From: Bugula neritina
Lineage: Eukaryota > Animalia > Bryozoa
DNA: 64,000 nt
Reading direction: 5' to 3'
NCBI GenBank assembly: GCA_964035545.1
Contig: OZ037773.1
Location: 1,455,751 to 1,519,750 of the forward strand
Shown: piece after piece, positions 27,415 through 46,800 of the stretch
Layout of the letters: each line of letters opens with the position of its first letter
Position numbering within the stretch: the stretch's first letter is position 1
Made by a program: the position numbers and the translations under genes
The notes under the pieces: model-generated
Told to the model about the DNA's origin: nothing
The model's database searches: none
What the model saw: only the letters and a program-made list of their open reading frames with translations

Positions 27415-29945
27415 AGTTCTCCATGTCATCCAGCTAAGGATGAACATCAAATACTGACTCTACTGAGGCTGAAATGATGTATATGATGTCTATAGAGTGT
27501 AATCTATTTAGTTTCTTGTATTCAACCGCGACAATTATTTGTGTACTCAATCTACTTTGTATTTTTTTTTCATTATTTTTAATTAATTTCTTTGTATAAT
27601 AAACACTTCATATTTCAACAATGTTCATACTAGAAGGTGTTGGGTAAAACCCAGAGCAATTTACTTTCAAAATGCATAAATAATTCCAGTCATGTGTTCA
27701 TTATTCTGTGAAGTTGTCCTCTTGCAAAATAGTTTAATGTTCCAGAGAACATACTCTGAAGGTGAAGTGTAGCCCTTCAAAAATCATATCTTTGAGTGAG
27801 GTTGCCTTATCATATTAGCTGCAGGTAATAAGTGACATAAGTGCGGTTATGTTGAGTGTTGGCGTTTCTATGTTAAGGGTGGGCAGTAACTGATAGCATT
27901 GTTGCTTGTTTAGGAAGATGCAACATCTAGCACTGGAGCAGCTATAGTTGAATAGATTTTGTTCAAATGTGTTGGGAGAACTTAAAAAATATCTTACTGT
28001 CGTGCTGGTACAACACTTCTATCACATAGCTAGGCTGGCTTTTGATATTCAAGTAGTTTTACAAGTAAACTAGCAGTGGATTAGTGCCACCCCTATAAGA
28101 TCACTGGTAATTGTTCAACTAAATTGTCTGGCATCCAGCTTCATCTAAGAAGAGTGGACAACCTAAAAGTATTGGATGAGATAATGGCTATGGTCTACTA
28201 ATACTAAGTAGTACCATCACAGTCGTGCTTAGTTTGCTGGAGTTGTGGTTAGCAGACTAAAATAGACATAGAGCTATTAATTGCCTGTTTTATCACATTG
28301 GGCTGTGAACTACTTATGCCCTCAATATTTTTTCTAATTGGGACGTTTTTGCTGCCTTGTGAAGCCATTCTGTTTAAGATACTCAATGAAAATTGGTTAC
28401 CCCAAACTGTTTTAGCTCAGTGTGAATTAAAATTTGGGAAAGTTTCTGCAATTCAAAAGTTTCATTTTCTCAATATTTTGCTAAATAAGTCATTTATATG
28501 CTGGTACAGCAAGTTTATTTGAACTGCTGTACCAGCAAAACTGAATTGTGACAAATTTCAACCAAACATTGTTGTCTTTTCATTTAATAGAGCAGTTCAG
28601 AAAGGAAACCAAACTCCAAATAATAAATAAAATATATAAGCTATATCAAAATACGTATAGATGCTAGTATAGTATACAATCAACTGAATATTAAGTGTGC
28701 TATGTATATGTAATTGAAACTTATAAGCTTTATACAATATTTTGTGACTGCAGTATTATATTGATTTGCATTAGGATGCTGTATATGACTAGTATAAATC
28801 ATGTGCTATGTGGGACAGGCTAAACTTAAGAATACACATGTATATTTTACTAAAACAGAGTTCCATCTGAGATATGAAGTGAGAGCAACTATTCTTGATC
28901 ACAAAATCTCCATACAGCTTATTATTTTTGGTCCACAAACTTTTTAAATTAAACCCATTTCTTTAAAAAAGAAGCCACGCAAAATTCACTACTACAGATG
29001 ATTTATGATACGGTATATATTATACACTCAGTAGAATATATTACACACTTAGTAGAATAGGTTACACATTCAGCAGTATATATTACACTCAGTAGAATAT
29101 GTTACACACTCAGTAGAATATATTAAACACCCAGTGCAGTTTCTCTGAAAGCTAAAGGAAATTAGGCTGTGGAGTTTTGATCATGCAATATTGCACAAAA
29201 CTATTTTGTTTTCTGTTTTTGTACTGCAGTATCTGATATTGTATTGTATTAGTATGAAAAATAGAATACACTATTTTGTGTTGTGTTGGCTATTAGCAAG
29301 TTTTTATATGCATAACAGTGAAAAACAGCTTATATATGGTAATAATTGAGCTTATTATCAATTATCTGGCAAAAAGAGTTAATAAGGAGAAATTTACTAT
29401 CTAAATTCAAATGACTATTTTTGACAAATCAAACAAATTTTGTTAAACAAGACAAGAAAGCTAGCTGTAGCTATATAGAATATGAAAATATTATGAATAC
29501 TTATTGCAGCAAGCTAAAGTTGCAAAGTAATACCAGCACCATTCAGTAGCTGTCAGTAACTGTCAGTAACTGTCAGTACCTGTCAGTAGCTGTCACTAGC
29601 TGTCAGCAGCTGTCAGTAGCTGTCAGTACTTGTCAATACTTGTCAATAGCTGTCAGTGGCTGTCAGTAGCTTACAGTAGCTGTCAATAGCTGTCAGTGGC
29701 TGTCGATGGCTGTCAGCTATGATGAATAAAGAGAAAAACTTATATTTCTTGGATATAATTATGTAGACGTTGAAGCCACATGATTATCCTACATGTTTTC
29801 TGATAATTTATCTTATTATATGGTATAATGCACATTGTGTTTTATTACGGGTATTATACCGTATTACACAATATAGATTGTATAGTGACATTGTAACTTG
29901 CTGCGCATAGCTCGATCTCTACACACTTTTCTCCTCCTGGTACAT

Positions 29946-34203
<4,258 letters not shown>

Positions 34204-34549
34204 CAGATTCTCTACAGTATTAACTCTGTCAACAGGTATAGAATTTTTACTCAAAGTTTACCTGTGAGAGCTTAAGTTAGACTAAAAGTGAGAGAAGCTA
34301 TTTTGTTGGTTCTCTGAGCAATGAGATTATTTGCTCAGACTTACTCAGTGTTTGTTACATGCATACCTTTGGTGAATGAAGCACACAGGTATGTTAAGGC
34401 GGTACCTGCAGGTAGATGAGGTAATATACATATCTACTAGCCAGTGCTCTACTACATCATATGCTCATATATGACTCAGATATATCAAAACATGTCTGTA
34501 TTTACTAACCAAAATAAATCAGAGAAATTGTTGGTTATAAAAAAGACTT

Positions 34550-34620
34550 AGCCTCCACTGGGATTCGAACCCGAGACGCTCCGGCTTGCAAGCAAGTGAG
34601 CTAACTATTACACTACTGGG
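34550..34620 (-). other. tRNA-like Pol III relic (A box, TGC anticodon-like loop, B box, T-run)
   Basis: Minus strand: TAGTGTAATAGTTAG..GCTTGCAAGC..GGGTTCGAATCCC then TTTTTT. The acceptor stem does not pair, so it is not called a functional tRNA. Confidence 0.5.
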
Positions 34621-35317
34621 TAAATTTAACACTACATCCCACCTGATTCTAAAGAACTCCACTGGTCTCTCTACTATTACTATACTCCTTTAGTCTTCAG
34701 GCTTCGTGGCCTCTCAATTCTTCCTTAGAGTACTACTTGTAACAAGGTGGATTGCTGTAAGGGAAAGAGTAAAAGTTTATTCTGCACTGCTTGCACTCGC
34801 TATAACAACTGACTGCTTTACAATCAAGCACTCAAAACCATGACTAATAAAATAAGTACATTAACCTTTCACACATAATTGGTAAAACAGATGTGGACAC
34901 TTAGTCAGGATACAACACTACTACTCTTGACTAAAGGCTGAAATATCTTGTAAACCCCCCCCCCTCCCCCCCCCCCCTCGCGTGCTAACCATTACGCCAT
35001 AGGAACTGCTGGGTGATCAAAATACTAGGGGCGCTTTCGGATTCCCTACGCGTAGGGGTAACTGTAGGCCCTACGCAATGACCATTCGGCAACCATCACG
35101 CAATTTTTCGAGGGGCCTAGATTGTTAAACCCCTTTTTCTTGGTCGAAATAATAGTTGAGAAAGTTTAAAGCATTTAACTGTAATGACCGATTTCATGCC
35201 ATAAGGTTTCATGTAGTTTCCAAGCAGATTGATGCTTTAACAAATATCTTTCTTTTAACCACAGTATCTACATAATATTTTAGTATAATGTATATTATAT
35301 TACATAGTGAGCTACAA

Positions 35318-35450
35318 TATATAACAGTATAATACCCTACTAAACAGACAGTCTGTTACAGATTGGTAATCAGCAGAAACTTTGTACCATTTACTTTAGA
35401 GAGCAGAACTAGCTCCGCCATGAGACTACTCTCTGTTTTACTCTTGCTAG
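35318..35450 (+). promoter_or_regulatory. Promoter plus signal-peptide exon cassette (extra copy; exon 35420-35450 MRLLSVLLLLG)
   Basis: TATATAA at 35318, Inr-like CAGT ~31 nt later inside the palindrome AACAGAC-A-GTCTGTT, ATG 35420, donor GTAAG. Near-identical cassettes at ~36303, ~38793 and ~47155. No exon 2 before the next cassette. Confidence 0.75.
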
Positions 35451-36405
35451 GTAAGAAACAGTTAACTTAGAAGTGTTTGAGAATAATCAACCATGTTTTG
35501 TGCAGAACAAGAATAGTGAGCTCTGGTGATCCAGCTACTGTGAACATAAACAACTGCATTTAGTTAGGTCAATGCCAGAAAAGGCTAAAAAGGTAACTGC
35601 AGTATTTACATAATGTACCTATATATATGATAAAATTACCTAACTATATTACAACACTACAGTAACACAATTAGTTATTTAGTGTTATTATTACACATAC
35701 TATAATACATAGTAAGTTAATAAAATAACAAAATTTTACATACTGTATTATTATACACTGTAGTAGTATAGTACACACTGTAGTAGTACACACTGTAGTA
35801 GTACACACTGTAGTGGTATACACTGTAGTGGTACACACTGTACTATTATACACTGCAGTGGTATGCACTGTAGTAGTATACACTGAAGTGGTACACACTG
35901 TAGTACTAAACATTTTAGTAATATTTAAACCATTGTAATATACGTTAGTATTATAAATATTCAAAGGTAAATCGGAGAGATTTTTATTCACTAGCCTCTA
36001 ATTCAAAACAAATCAGGAAAGTGTTGTTAAGCAAACTTTGTGTTTTCAGTAACAGCTGGAAAAGTTTTGAGGCTAAGCAACTTTTCGTAATTGTTATTTA
36101 CTTCATGTCAGTTTTCAAAATGGCATGTTTTTAAGTTGTAGACCCACTGAGCTTTTTCTATTCAACAGAAAAATTTTATTAAATCCAGTAATCTTCTTGG
36201 CAAGGAAACCCCCTAGGGAGATGCTGTGCTACATTACTGTATATATGTACATATATACAGTAATTTAGTAAATGTATATCATTATAAGCTACAGTTAGGT
36301 GTATATATAACAGTATAATACCCTACTAAACAGACAGTCTGTTACAGATTGGTAATCAGCAGAAACTTTGTACCATTTACTTTAGAGAACAGAACCAGCT
36401 TAACT

Positions 36406-37782
36406 ATGAGACTACTCTCTGTTTTACTCTTGCTAGGTAAGAACCAGTTAACTTAGGTGGACAGAAATTATAGCAGCTTCCATCTTTGCATGGATTATCA
36501 ATAAACACATCTCGAGTTACTGCTATACTATAAATTTTTTCAGTATGATTTTGCTACTTGACACTGAATATAACACAATAATGCATAATAAATATACAGG
36601 TTTTATTATAATTATGATGTTTTATCACAACTTTCTAAGCTAAGATGTAGATGTCATAACTTCATCACTGTACTTATACTTTCTTGAACAGCGTGTAAAC
36701 CTTGCTATGGTAGTACAGTGCTATAGTGTTACATTCTACATACTAATGATAAATTCAACACTTATTATATTTTTTTAAATTTTCTAGTAAAGCAGTACTG
36801 GTTGATATGCTAATATAATATTTGTAGTATAATGACCTATTTATTGCATGATAGCCTATATATAAGTATGTTTATAGCCCAAATGTACACATTCAACTCT
36901 AGGGATCAATTATTTGAAAGTAAACAGCTATTTGCACATGTTTGCAATGTCTTGTGTTTCTGTCAACATTTATAAAAGGCAGTGAATGAAATTGATTGAG
37001 TATCATGTGTCTGATTAACTTCCTCCCTATTTATATAATACAATCACAAAGTCTACAAAATAAGCACATATTCATAGGCAGGTGGTATAACCATGAGCTT
37101 CCTGATATAATATTTTAGGTGCGATGACTTTGACTTATGCGTATCAATATTGCAACGTTTGCGACTCCACGCTAGATCCGGACTGTGGTGACGAGTATAA
37201 GCATCAAAACTGGCATACGAAGTCCTGCCCTCCTGGCTTGAGAAATGGATGCAGTAAAGAGAAGATCGGGGGAGAAATTGGTGGCGTTGTAAAAGCAAAA
37301 GGTGCCAAACAGTCTAATTGATTTTATTTGCCAAATATTTAAACAGTTGAAGAGTGAATGCTACACAACAAAACAAAACATAAATTGAGACTGTTAGGAC
37401 TACATTTTTTGCTAGTAATACATCCGAAACAGTTCATTTGATGCACGTTTTTGTGCTGTTTAAAGTTAGAAGATCTTGTGGTGCACCTTTCCCAACGAAA
37501 AACTGCGGAATCCATGAGGGCGAGGATTCTAGAAGAAGAGCTGTGTATCACTACGCATGTTCCTGCATTCATAACATGTGCAACAGTGCATCTGGTATCT
37601 CTGTCACTCTCTCTCTTCTAGCTGGTTAGTAACTATAGTAACCTGTCATGTTCTTATACTTGTCTATTAAAGCACCCATCAAATTTGTGTTGTTGCATGT
37701 GAATAACTTATACAACTCCTTGCAAAATATGAAACAGAATTTGTCTTGCATTGCAGCTGCTTTGGTTAAACATCTGATATAA
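36406..37782 (+). CDS. G5: Ly6/Quiver-like GPI-anchored protein
   Basis: Exons 36406-36436, 37119-37301, 37466-37624, 37757-37782. MRLLSVLLLLGAMTLTYAYQYCNVCDSTLDPDC...GCSKEK...RSC...YACSCIHNMCNSASGISVTLSLLAAALVKHLI*. Confidence 0.88.
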
Positions 37783-38895
37783 AGTTGACTCAACAGTCTG
37801 CATAAGTTCTCAGCATAGACATCTATACATGTGACCAATCACAGCATCTCTAAGAAACATCCAATCAGCAATGAAGAAACATGACTTACATATGGACTTG
37901 GGACATTAAGATAGCTTCTCCCTTCTTTGTTTAAATCATCTATAACAAAGAATTGCATGATTGCTATGGATATTTTCTAACTTTTGCTATCAATAAAATT
38001 ATTAAATTGTTTTCTTCATGATTTTCTGAGTAGAAAACTTCGAAACAGAAATCTAGATTATAGCCCTTAGAACTGTGATTAACTTATGATGCCTGCTTTG
38101 GTCCAGAACAGATTAAAGTGACCTGCTTTTATAGCCCTAAAATTATGATACGAAGCATGTCAGTTCGCAAAGTCTGTTTACTAAATTTTATGCCAAGGGG
38201 ATCAAGAAAATAGTATTAGGATAACAGAAACCTGTTGACCTGTCTAAAAATTATTCCAAAAAAATAAAAAGTAATGTATTTAACTTGATTGCAATTTGAC
38301 TTATAGCAAAATTATTTTTACTTCTTGAATCGCTCTTAATTGTGTCTTACTCATACATGAACTGCAGAATATTTACGCTGTGGAAGATTTACAGTGCAGA
38401 CGACTCATTTGTTGAACACATTTCTTTTAGTTTTGTCATGGTAACTACATGAAAAGCATATATAACGTGCATCTAAAGTTCTACAGTAGAACCAAAATAT
38501 TGTGGGCAGTCATCTACAGGATGCGGCAGCACGCTGTTTGAGATGAGCAACGTTAGATGAAAGACGAGATTTTCAACAGCAATTTGTATTTAAGGGTGTC
38601 TTTAGGTAACTTAGCATTTGATCTAATTAAATTTTTCGTGGTAGACACGCCCTAAATAACCATGATTATTTAAAAATTGCGTAATCTAATTGATCAGTCT
38701 GAACAGCTATTTTTATCCCCTAAAGAAATGTCTCCCTACAAAATTATAGTGTTTGTATTATATTATATAGTAACCTATAATTAAGTGTGTATATATATAA
38801 CAGTATAGTACCCTACTAAACAGACAGTCTGTTACAGATTTGTGTTCAGCAGAAACTTTGTACCATTTACTTTAGAGAACAGAACCAGCTTCACT

Positions 38896-40863
38896 ATGAG
38901 ACTACTTCCTGTTTTACTCTTGCTAGGTAAGAAATCTTTAGCTTTATAAAACTTCACAATATGCTATAGTGTCACAATATGCTATAGTGTCACAATGCTA
39001 GAGTTTCACAATGCTATAATGTCACAATGCTATAGTGTCACAATGCTAGGGTGTCACAATATGTCATAGTGTCACAATGCTAGGGTGTCACAATGCTAGT
39101 GTGTCACAATGTTAGGGTGTTACATTACTATAGTGTCACAATGCTAGGGTGTCACATTGCCATAGTGTCACAATGCTAGGGTGTCACAATGCTAGGGTGT
39201 CACAATGCCATTGTGTCACAATGCTAGGGTGTCACATTGCTATAATGTCACAATGCTATAGTGTCACAATGCTAGGGTGTCACAATATGCTATAGTGTCA
39301 CAATGCTAGGGTGTCACAATGCTAGGGTGTCACAATGCTATAGTGCCACAATGCTAGGGTGTCACCATATGTAAACTTGCTCCAAGAAAATTATGAGTTC
39401 TATATAAAAACTCACCGTGTGTTTGAAACACAATGTGTAGTTGTCGCCTTCAATAAATTACATTTTCTTTATTTCTAAACACATTAAAGTGAAGCTAAGA
39501 GCCAATCAACTTTTGTTGAACAGTTAATATTTGTTAGTGATGCATTGCAAAATAAAGCTGATGTAACTTTGCAGTGCATTAAAAATTGGGCATCAAGTTT
39601 AGCTGTGTGTTGAGTTTGACTGCAAACAATCATCTATGGTAATTGCTAGAATCACAAACCACTGGTTTTTCATTTTCATTTTTAAAGTGGGGGCATTATA
39701 GCATGATGTTGAAAGAAGAAGGGGTGTAAATATGCACCACTGGCATGTTTTAGGTGCAGTTACTGCTAGTTACGGGATGAATTGCTACGTTTGCGACTCG
39801 TTGACAGACCCAGGCTGTGAGGATGATTATAACACACCCATCAAGCACCTCACAGCTTGTCCGGCACATTTGAGTGACGGATGCAGCAAAGAGAAATCTG
39901 GAGGGAAGGTTGATGGCTCTCCAGAAATAAAAGGTGACAATTACTTTGAGCTGTTTTACATAGACACTTTGAAAATTGTGTTGCCAATCTTTATCTTGTC
40001 TGGTATTTCAAATTATATAGGCGGCCCCAGGGCCAGATGCGGCCCCCATTTATGTGGCCCTCAAAGGTATAACAAATAAAACTATTTTGCACACAAATAT
40101 AAATTATAGTGGAAAAAAATCACCTTTCATATGTCTTATTTTTATATACCTATGCTAAAAAATGCAATGACAGTAACTATTGTAGTTTCATTGCATAATG
40201 ATTTATAAAAATTTGAAATACAAATTAAAAATTACTGAAGCTATGCCCCCCCCAGCCCAAGTAAAATTTTACAATGTGGCCTTTGGCATGAAAGATTCTA
40301 TTTTAGTGGCCTTTGCCGTGAAAAAGTTAGACATCTCCGATTTAAACAATAACTTGTGCTTATAAAATTATGAGCAAAACTGTTTTTTCACATTCTTTAA
40401 CTTATTTTGTGCGTATTTTATAAAAGTGAAGAGATCTTGTGGCAAGCAGTTTGAAACTTCTCCGTGCAGAATAATAAAAGGTAAAGATGTCAAGGGAAGA
40501 TACAACATGTACTTTTACGCATGTTCCTGCACTGGAGAAGGATGTAACAGTGCTTCTGGTCTCTCTCTCACTCTCTCCGTACTAGCTGGTAAGTAACCCT
40601 AGTAACCTGGCCATGTTCTTATACTAGAGTGGGAAAATACAGTGTTTATTTGTTCATATTTATTAGAGCTCTTACATTACTTACTCGAGTTATTTAACTA
40701 AAGATTATGTTAGTAGTTTTCTCTAGCTATCTTACGCTAGTTCCACATCTATATGTAATATGTATGTATATGTGACTATGTAACTAACTTATAGAAGTCT
40801 TTGCAGCATATGAAACAGAATTTGTTTTGCATTGTAGCTGCTTTGGTTAAACATCTGATATAA
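38896..40863 (+). CDS. G6: Ly6/Quiver-like GPI-anchored protein
   Basis: Exons 38896-38926, 39754-39933, 40427-40588, 40838-40863. MRLLPVLLLLGAVTASYGMNCYVCDSLTDPGC...GCSKEK...RSC...YACSCTGEGCNSASGLSLTLSVLAAALVKHLI*. Confidence 0.88.
38955..39365. repeat. 16-bp tandem repeat GTGTCACAATGCTAGG in G6 intron 1
   Basis: Directly visible. Confidence 0.85.
40000..40340. mobile_element. Possible degenerate hAT-type non-autonomous element in G6 intron 2
   Basis: Subterminal CGGCCCC/GGGCC motifs (GCGGCCCCAGGGCCAGATGCGGCCCC ... TGGCCTTT..AAAAAGTTAGACATCTCC). Ends are degenerate and no TSD was seen. Confidence 0.35.
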
Positions 40864-43800
40864 AGTTGACTCAACTGCCTGCATAAGTTTTCAGCATAGA
40901 CATCTATACGTGTGACCAATCACGGCACCTCAAAGAAACATCCAATCAGCAATGAAGAAACATGACTCACACGTGAACTTGGAAAACGCTTAACTAAATT
41001 ATTTTTCTACCAAATTACTGTTCACACTATCTAAAAATATAATATTGTATGATTGCTATAAACTTTTCCCTTTCTTTGCTATTAATAAAATTATGAATAT
41101 AATAATTTTCTGGTGTTTTACCGTATAAATTTGCCTAATAGATAGAGATCTAAATTATAGCCCTAAAACTTCAATTACTTTTTTGCGATATCTGCTTTGT
41201 TTCAGAACCATTTTAGAAAGGTTAGTTCTAGTTTTGCAATACAATGAAAGTATGAATTATGGCCACTTTCTTACTGGAACTTTGGTGAAATGAGTAGTAC
41301 AGGTGATTCACTAGGTAAACACACACAGCATAGTTAAGGTCACCCCCAGCAAAAAATCATCTCATAATCTAGTCTCAGTTCCTATATGCTATCGCTCTGT
41401 GGGTGGCATGCGTATTGCCTACTTGCTATAATTTAGCATGAGGTTGAACAATTGCCAACAAACCATCACATTAGCTAGGGCTGCACCTATCATCACTATC
41501 TATTGAGCAAGCATGTGGTCGTGGCACGCCTCAACATCACCTTATTATTACAACAGGCTAATGCATGATTCATTTCATGTACAATATACTTGATGCACAA
41601 AGGAAGATGATTTTCATAACTTCTGTTCAACCAACAATGTAAAACTATTTCAGTTTCTGGAAGCAAGCTAAATGTTTATACTTTACTCAATATTTATCTA
41701 TTTGGCTATTCTAATGAAATAATTATTGACCATAACTTCTGAAATGATAATGCAGATATTATTTAAATAACTTAGAATTCAGATGCAACAAATAGTTTAG
41801 AGAGATACTCTTTTCTCAAAACATAATGTTTTCAGGCTAGACTATTTATCTGTTCAATACTATTGACTAACCTTAAACCAATAATGCCTTTATTATTAAA
41901 CTCATTTTTTAGTTGCACTAACTAAAAGCTAAAATTGATTTCTTAGTGCTGACTCTTAATATCAGTTACAGACGGCCCAATAGCTTATAAGCATAGTGAA
42001 GAGAATTGTGTAGGAAAAATAGTTATGCTATTGAGAACTTTTTGGTAGCTGTAAGGGGCAGATATGCAGTATTTTGTGCGACTGCTTTGAGTTTGGGTAA
42101 AGAATTTGATTGCTGCAAGTTTTTAATAAAACTATAGTACTTGTGTTGTCCCTTTAGTACTAGTATAAGCATTAATCAACACTCATTGAAGTGAGTTGGA
42201 ACTTATATATATTTGCTTCCTGTTGTATACAGTCTAAACTCTGAAGAGTCCAATCAAGCCTACATGGCTTCGAGCTGAATGTCAAAATTGACTATGAGCT
42301 ATATCTTGTTGCTCAACACAGGGCTACTGGGCTACAGTATACTGGTGGCAACTGCTAACGCAGTGTTCACTCAAGCATGATATCATGGACTTGTATACCA
42401 ACTCAAAGCCAAGATTATCAAGTGTTATATGTTTCTAAATTTAGCATCTAATAGAAAAAGCTGTGTCTAGTTGGACTGACTGACACCATGCTTGCCTGAG
42501 TTAAACAGTCAAGATGAAAAGTTTTAATCTTAGCTAGGCAAGTATTGAGATTTTGAAAAGAAAACCTCCTTAAGATAAGATAAAAGATATCCATTGTGGA
42601 TTCAGATTTTTTCCAGTCTGATAGGTGTCATTTAATAAGCTCAAATATTAGTAATGCATTAGCCTATCTGCCATATTTTGATACTGCAGATATAATATTC
42701 CATAAAAAAATTGACTTAAGAATTTAGGTATGTGTAACAAATCAACCGGATTTATTTAAACACCAAATAGCCATTACTAAAGATCACAACAAAAATCAGT
42801 GTGAATCTTAAAGCATAACATAATTACTTTATATCTGTATGATCAGGCATAGAAGTAACAAGTTCAATAAATAAATTGAACATGCAGAAGGTATAACAGC
42901 TGTGATTATTGTGAAGAAACAAATCAGGCCTTTTTATAGAAATACATCCTATACGTATATTACAAACATGGGGGAAATAATAGGTTAGTTTCCTAATTAT
43001 TTTTCTCAAACATTAAATAATGAATAATGGCAAGAATGACTTTGTAAAGAAGCAGAATCTATAGAAAATCAAGCTGCAAAAGCCAAACTAAAAAACACAT
43101 TGCTAGGGTGATTAGCCCTATCGATTATTTTAAGTTTAATTTTAGTTTTTATATCCTTTGATAAAAGTCCTATTTCCACAGGTAGAGTCTTGAGATATAT
43201 AGGTGTCAATTGTAGAGTATTATCCTTTTTGAATATAAAAAAAAGAGTAGAGTGGAGTAGAGAATCTAAAGATCCTATAAGAGCTGCAGCTGACATTATA
43301 GAAAGGATGTCCTGAGTAGATATACTAGCATTTCTTTGACAAAACCTGATCATCTAGTCGTCCACTTCATCTAAAATACAAATACCAGTTTTCTCAATAC
43401 ATGCAAAAGTAATTTCCAACATTTTCAATTTGAATTAACATGCTCGTACATCACAGTTAGTACTATAATATAGTCTATATTTTGTAACATCTACTTATAC
43501 CGTAATTACATAAAAGCTGCTGGTAACTGTTTAAAAGACACAGCTCATAATTACAATTATTACGTTGAATGCTCCCTTAAGATCGCATTTTTCAAATAAT
43601 TCCCCATTATATATGACTGACATGATGACTATACAATTCTTTTGAAACATATGCATTGCTTATATTTCAAGTTGGTCATTCAATGTAAATGTAATTTGGT
43701 ATGCTGCAAGTATTAGTACAATTAGAATTACTTAACAGAAACTCTTCAGTGCAAAAATATATTTTCTATGTGACTATATACTCAACCACAGAACTCTAAA

Positions 43801-46800
43801 TAATTTGAAAAAAGTTATGGCCAGTAATAAATTTGGATTATGTTCTTAAAGTTGATTACATAATTATGATAATAAAACCAACTGACAATTTTGATCTAGT
43901 TTTACATCACTATGACTATTAGTATTACTATGCATTTATTGAACATAAAACTCAAACCTGAAGCTTAGTGATACTGCACAATGCTAATAATAATACAGTT
44001 ATAATAGTAATACTAATACTAATAGTAATACACAGTATAGGCCTACTGTAATATACTAATAGTACAACTATATACAAATACTATAAAATTAATTATAATT
44101 ATTAAATCATTGCTTGCAAGCAATATAAAATAAAAATATGTGAATTTGCTGAAGGAGGCAGTAGTACTCACTTACCCTTGAAGTTAAACTCCTAAAGTTG
44201 ATCAAAGTACACACCTTCATCCTAGGTTCGAGAGGGAAGAGATGTTCTTCACTCAATTTTATCATGATAATCCCATCGCCAGTTGGCACGTTCACTTTGC
44301 AGATTGTAATTTAATATCGAATATTTTTATTTACTGGGCTAGCTTTTACTATAAGTAACATATCAATCTGGGCGAGATCACCAACGCTTATAGCTACGTA
44401 TGATATTACACAGCTCGGTTTATTTGAAGGCAGTGCACTGCAGCTGTGGAATGACTAGGGTAGCATATCCAGGAGTGGATGTAAATTATAAACGTTCTAC
44501 GTGCTTTTTGAAAACATTATAGTGATAGCATGCGATTTAGTCATTGATATAAAATTAAAGTTATTGTTTTAAAATAATGATTTACTTAAAAAAACAGTTA
44601 TTTATTTATTTTATTATTGCTTTTTTTTTTAAAAATTAATTGGTAAAGTTTTGAACATCCCTAATAATACCACAACTATACTCCACTCCTTTAGTTGTAA
44701 CCTAATTAGATTAGAAGTCACATCTTCAATACAAACGAGCTAGGCTTAGTATTTCTGATGTCTGTATACTGCTGCATTAGCTTTAAAGTTTGAACTGTAG
44801 TGAAGGTCTTACTGAATTAGTAGACTGAAAGTGCAAAACCTAGTAAGCTACCAACACTATAAATTGTTATAAGCGAGTAAAGGAAATGAACAGTATATGT
44901 GTACAGAAACTTGTACTCAAATACATTGACACCATAGTTATGGTTATTTGAGATGCAGTTGTATTAAAAAAAAATTGTGAATTGAATACTCATTATAGAC
45001 ATTACATCATGCTGAATCGGGTTACATATTTGACTATTTAAAGCTGTTTTTATAAAAAAACTTAACTATGTTACTTATCAGTGACAAGTAATATAGCATT
45101 TAAATTTAAACCATGAGCTCATTTCAGCTAAAAATAGCAGCCCCTTGTCACTGCACATGAATGGCTGGCCACTGTTTGAGCCATTAGCAAAATAGCTTAC
45201 AGCTATTGCAAGCCTGCTACATGCAAGAATTATGTATCAATCAGAAACTTCTTATTCAATTGCAAGCATACCAAAATTGTATTACCATGATATAAAAAGT
45301 TGCCTACATAGGTGCAATAGTAGAAAAGCTTAAACAGCCTAAATTTGTCAAAAGATGCTAATTTGAGAACAGGTTGAAATTCTCTCTAAACTTTTTTGCT
45401 GCATCTCAGCATAGGGTCTAATTTATCAATATCCTCATCACTACACATACCTCATACTTGGTATACTCATGCACCTGGTATAATAAGATTACTTTTAAAA
45501 TAAAGTTATGCAATTACTACTCAATTGATTAAAAATTCCCTCCAACAATTTTTGTAGACTCCAAAATTTTTTAATATTTTGCATTAACAATACAATAAGC
45601 TTGGTTACAAATTATATATTATTATTATAATTTAGATTGCTGTACAGAACCACAAAATAATGTGCTTTGAAATCACACACAAAAGCTATAAAACTCAGTG
45701 GCTATTACCTCTCATTAGCATTATAAGGTGCTTGGGCTCTCACGCAAGCTGTATAATTACTAAACTGTTTTGGACTAAAAATATATAGGATATAAACTAT
45801 AGAGTATACACTTGAACGCCACTAGCTTGGAAGCTCTGCTTCCTAGTTAGACTTCAGAAATTGCTTCGTTTTAGTACAACTAATTAATCTAGATTCAGAG
45901 TAGATTACACATTGTACAGGGTATCAGCTGTAGGCAGTACAACAACATTGCCATCACCAAGATTCCAACTATTACAGCTACTATAATATAATAACCAGTC
46001 TCATACCGCCTGATTATTTTACTGCAGAGATGAACTTTAACCCTTTGGTTTAGCGCGCACAACATGAATCATAGGCCGCGCGAGCTCCCTGTAATAATTA
46101 TGATGGCTACGATGCAGCGCAGCTCTACCGTGTTCAGCCAAGCATGCAGACTAAGTGAGAAGCAAAATTTCTAATAAAACCAGTGTATAAATTACATGTT
46201 TACACTTATTCTATTGAAGCTATGCAGAAAATTTGAAAAGGTTCCAATAGACAAATATCTTATCACTCCATAGGTCAATTTTCGCCAAGATATATTAATT
46301 AGGGATTGAATTATAATTCGGGCACTGAGACCATGTTTTTTTGAGCAAAAATGGGCAAAATTTGGTAGTTTTTGGGGCATAAAAGTGCAACAGATAACAT
46401 AAATAAAAGTTTTAAAAAAGGTTCCAATAGAGCAGCAAGAGATATACAACATAGTTTTTGAATTTTGTTTCTAGACTCAAAATTGATTGAGTTATGAGTT
46501 GGGCACTGTTTCATATATAATTATAATGGAGCAATGAAATTACTGATTCAGTAGAAGGATGACCTTAATCAAGCTGTGCATTCCTCTTAGTTGTGTCACA
46601 TGAACAACAAGAGAAACTTTCCAAAGTGTATCTGAAGTTCTATAGTAGAACCAATACAAACAAATCTCTAAGACACGTCAGTAACTACTGCTGGTAGAGT
46701 TGATGGTTCAGTATCAACGCTAATAATTGGCATGATAATTTCAACAGTAGTACGCTTGATTTTATATACAAATTGTGAATCATATTGTACAAAGAAACTA

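Noticed and set aside
43069-44300. 94-aa ORF (43069-43353) and an exon-like segment ending in a strong donor at ~44175 on minus
   Set aside because: No recognisable family, stops in the other frames and no partner exons found; may be decayed TE or pseudo-exon. BLASTX would settle it.
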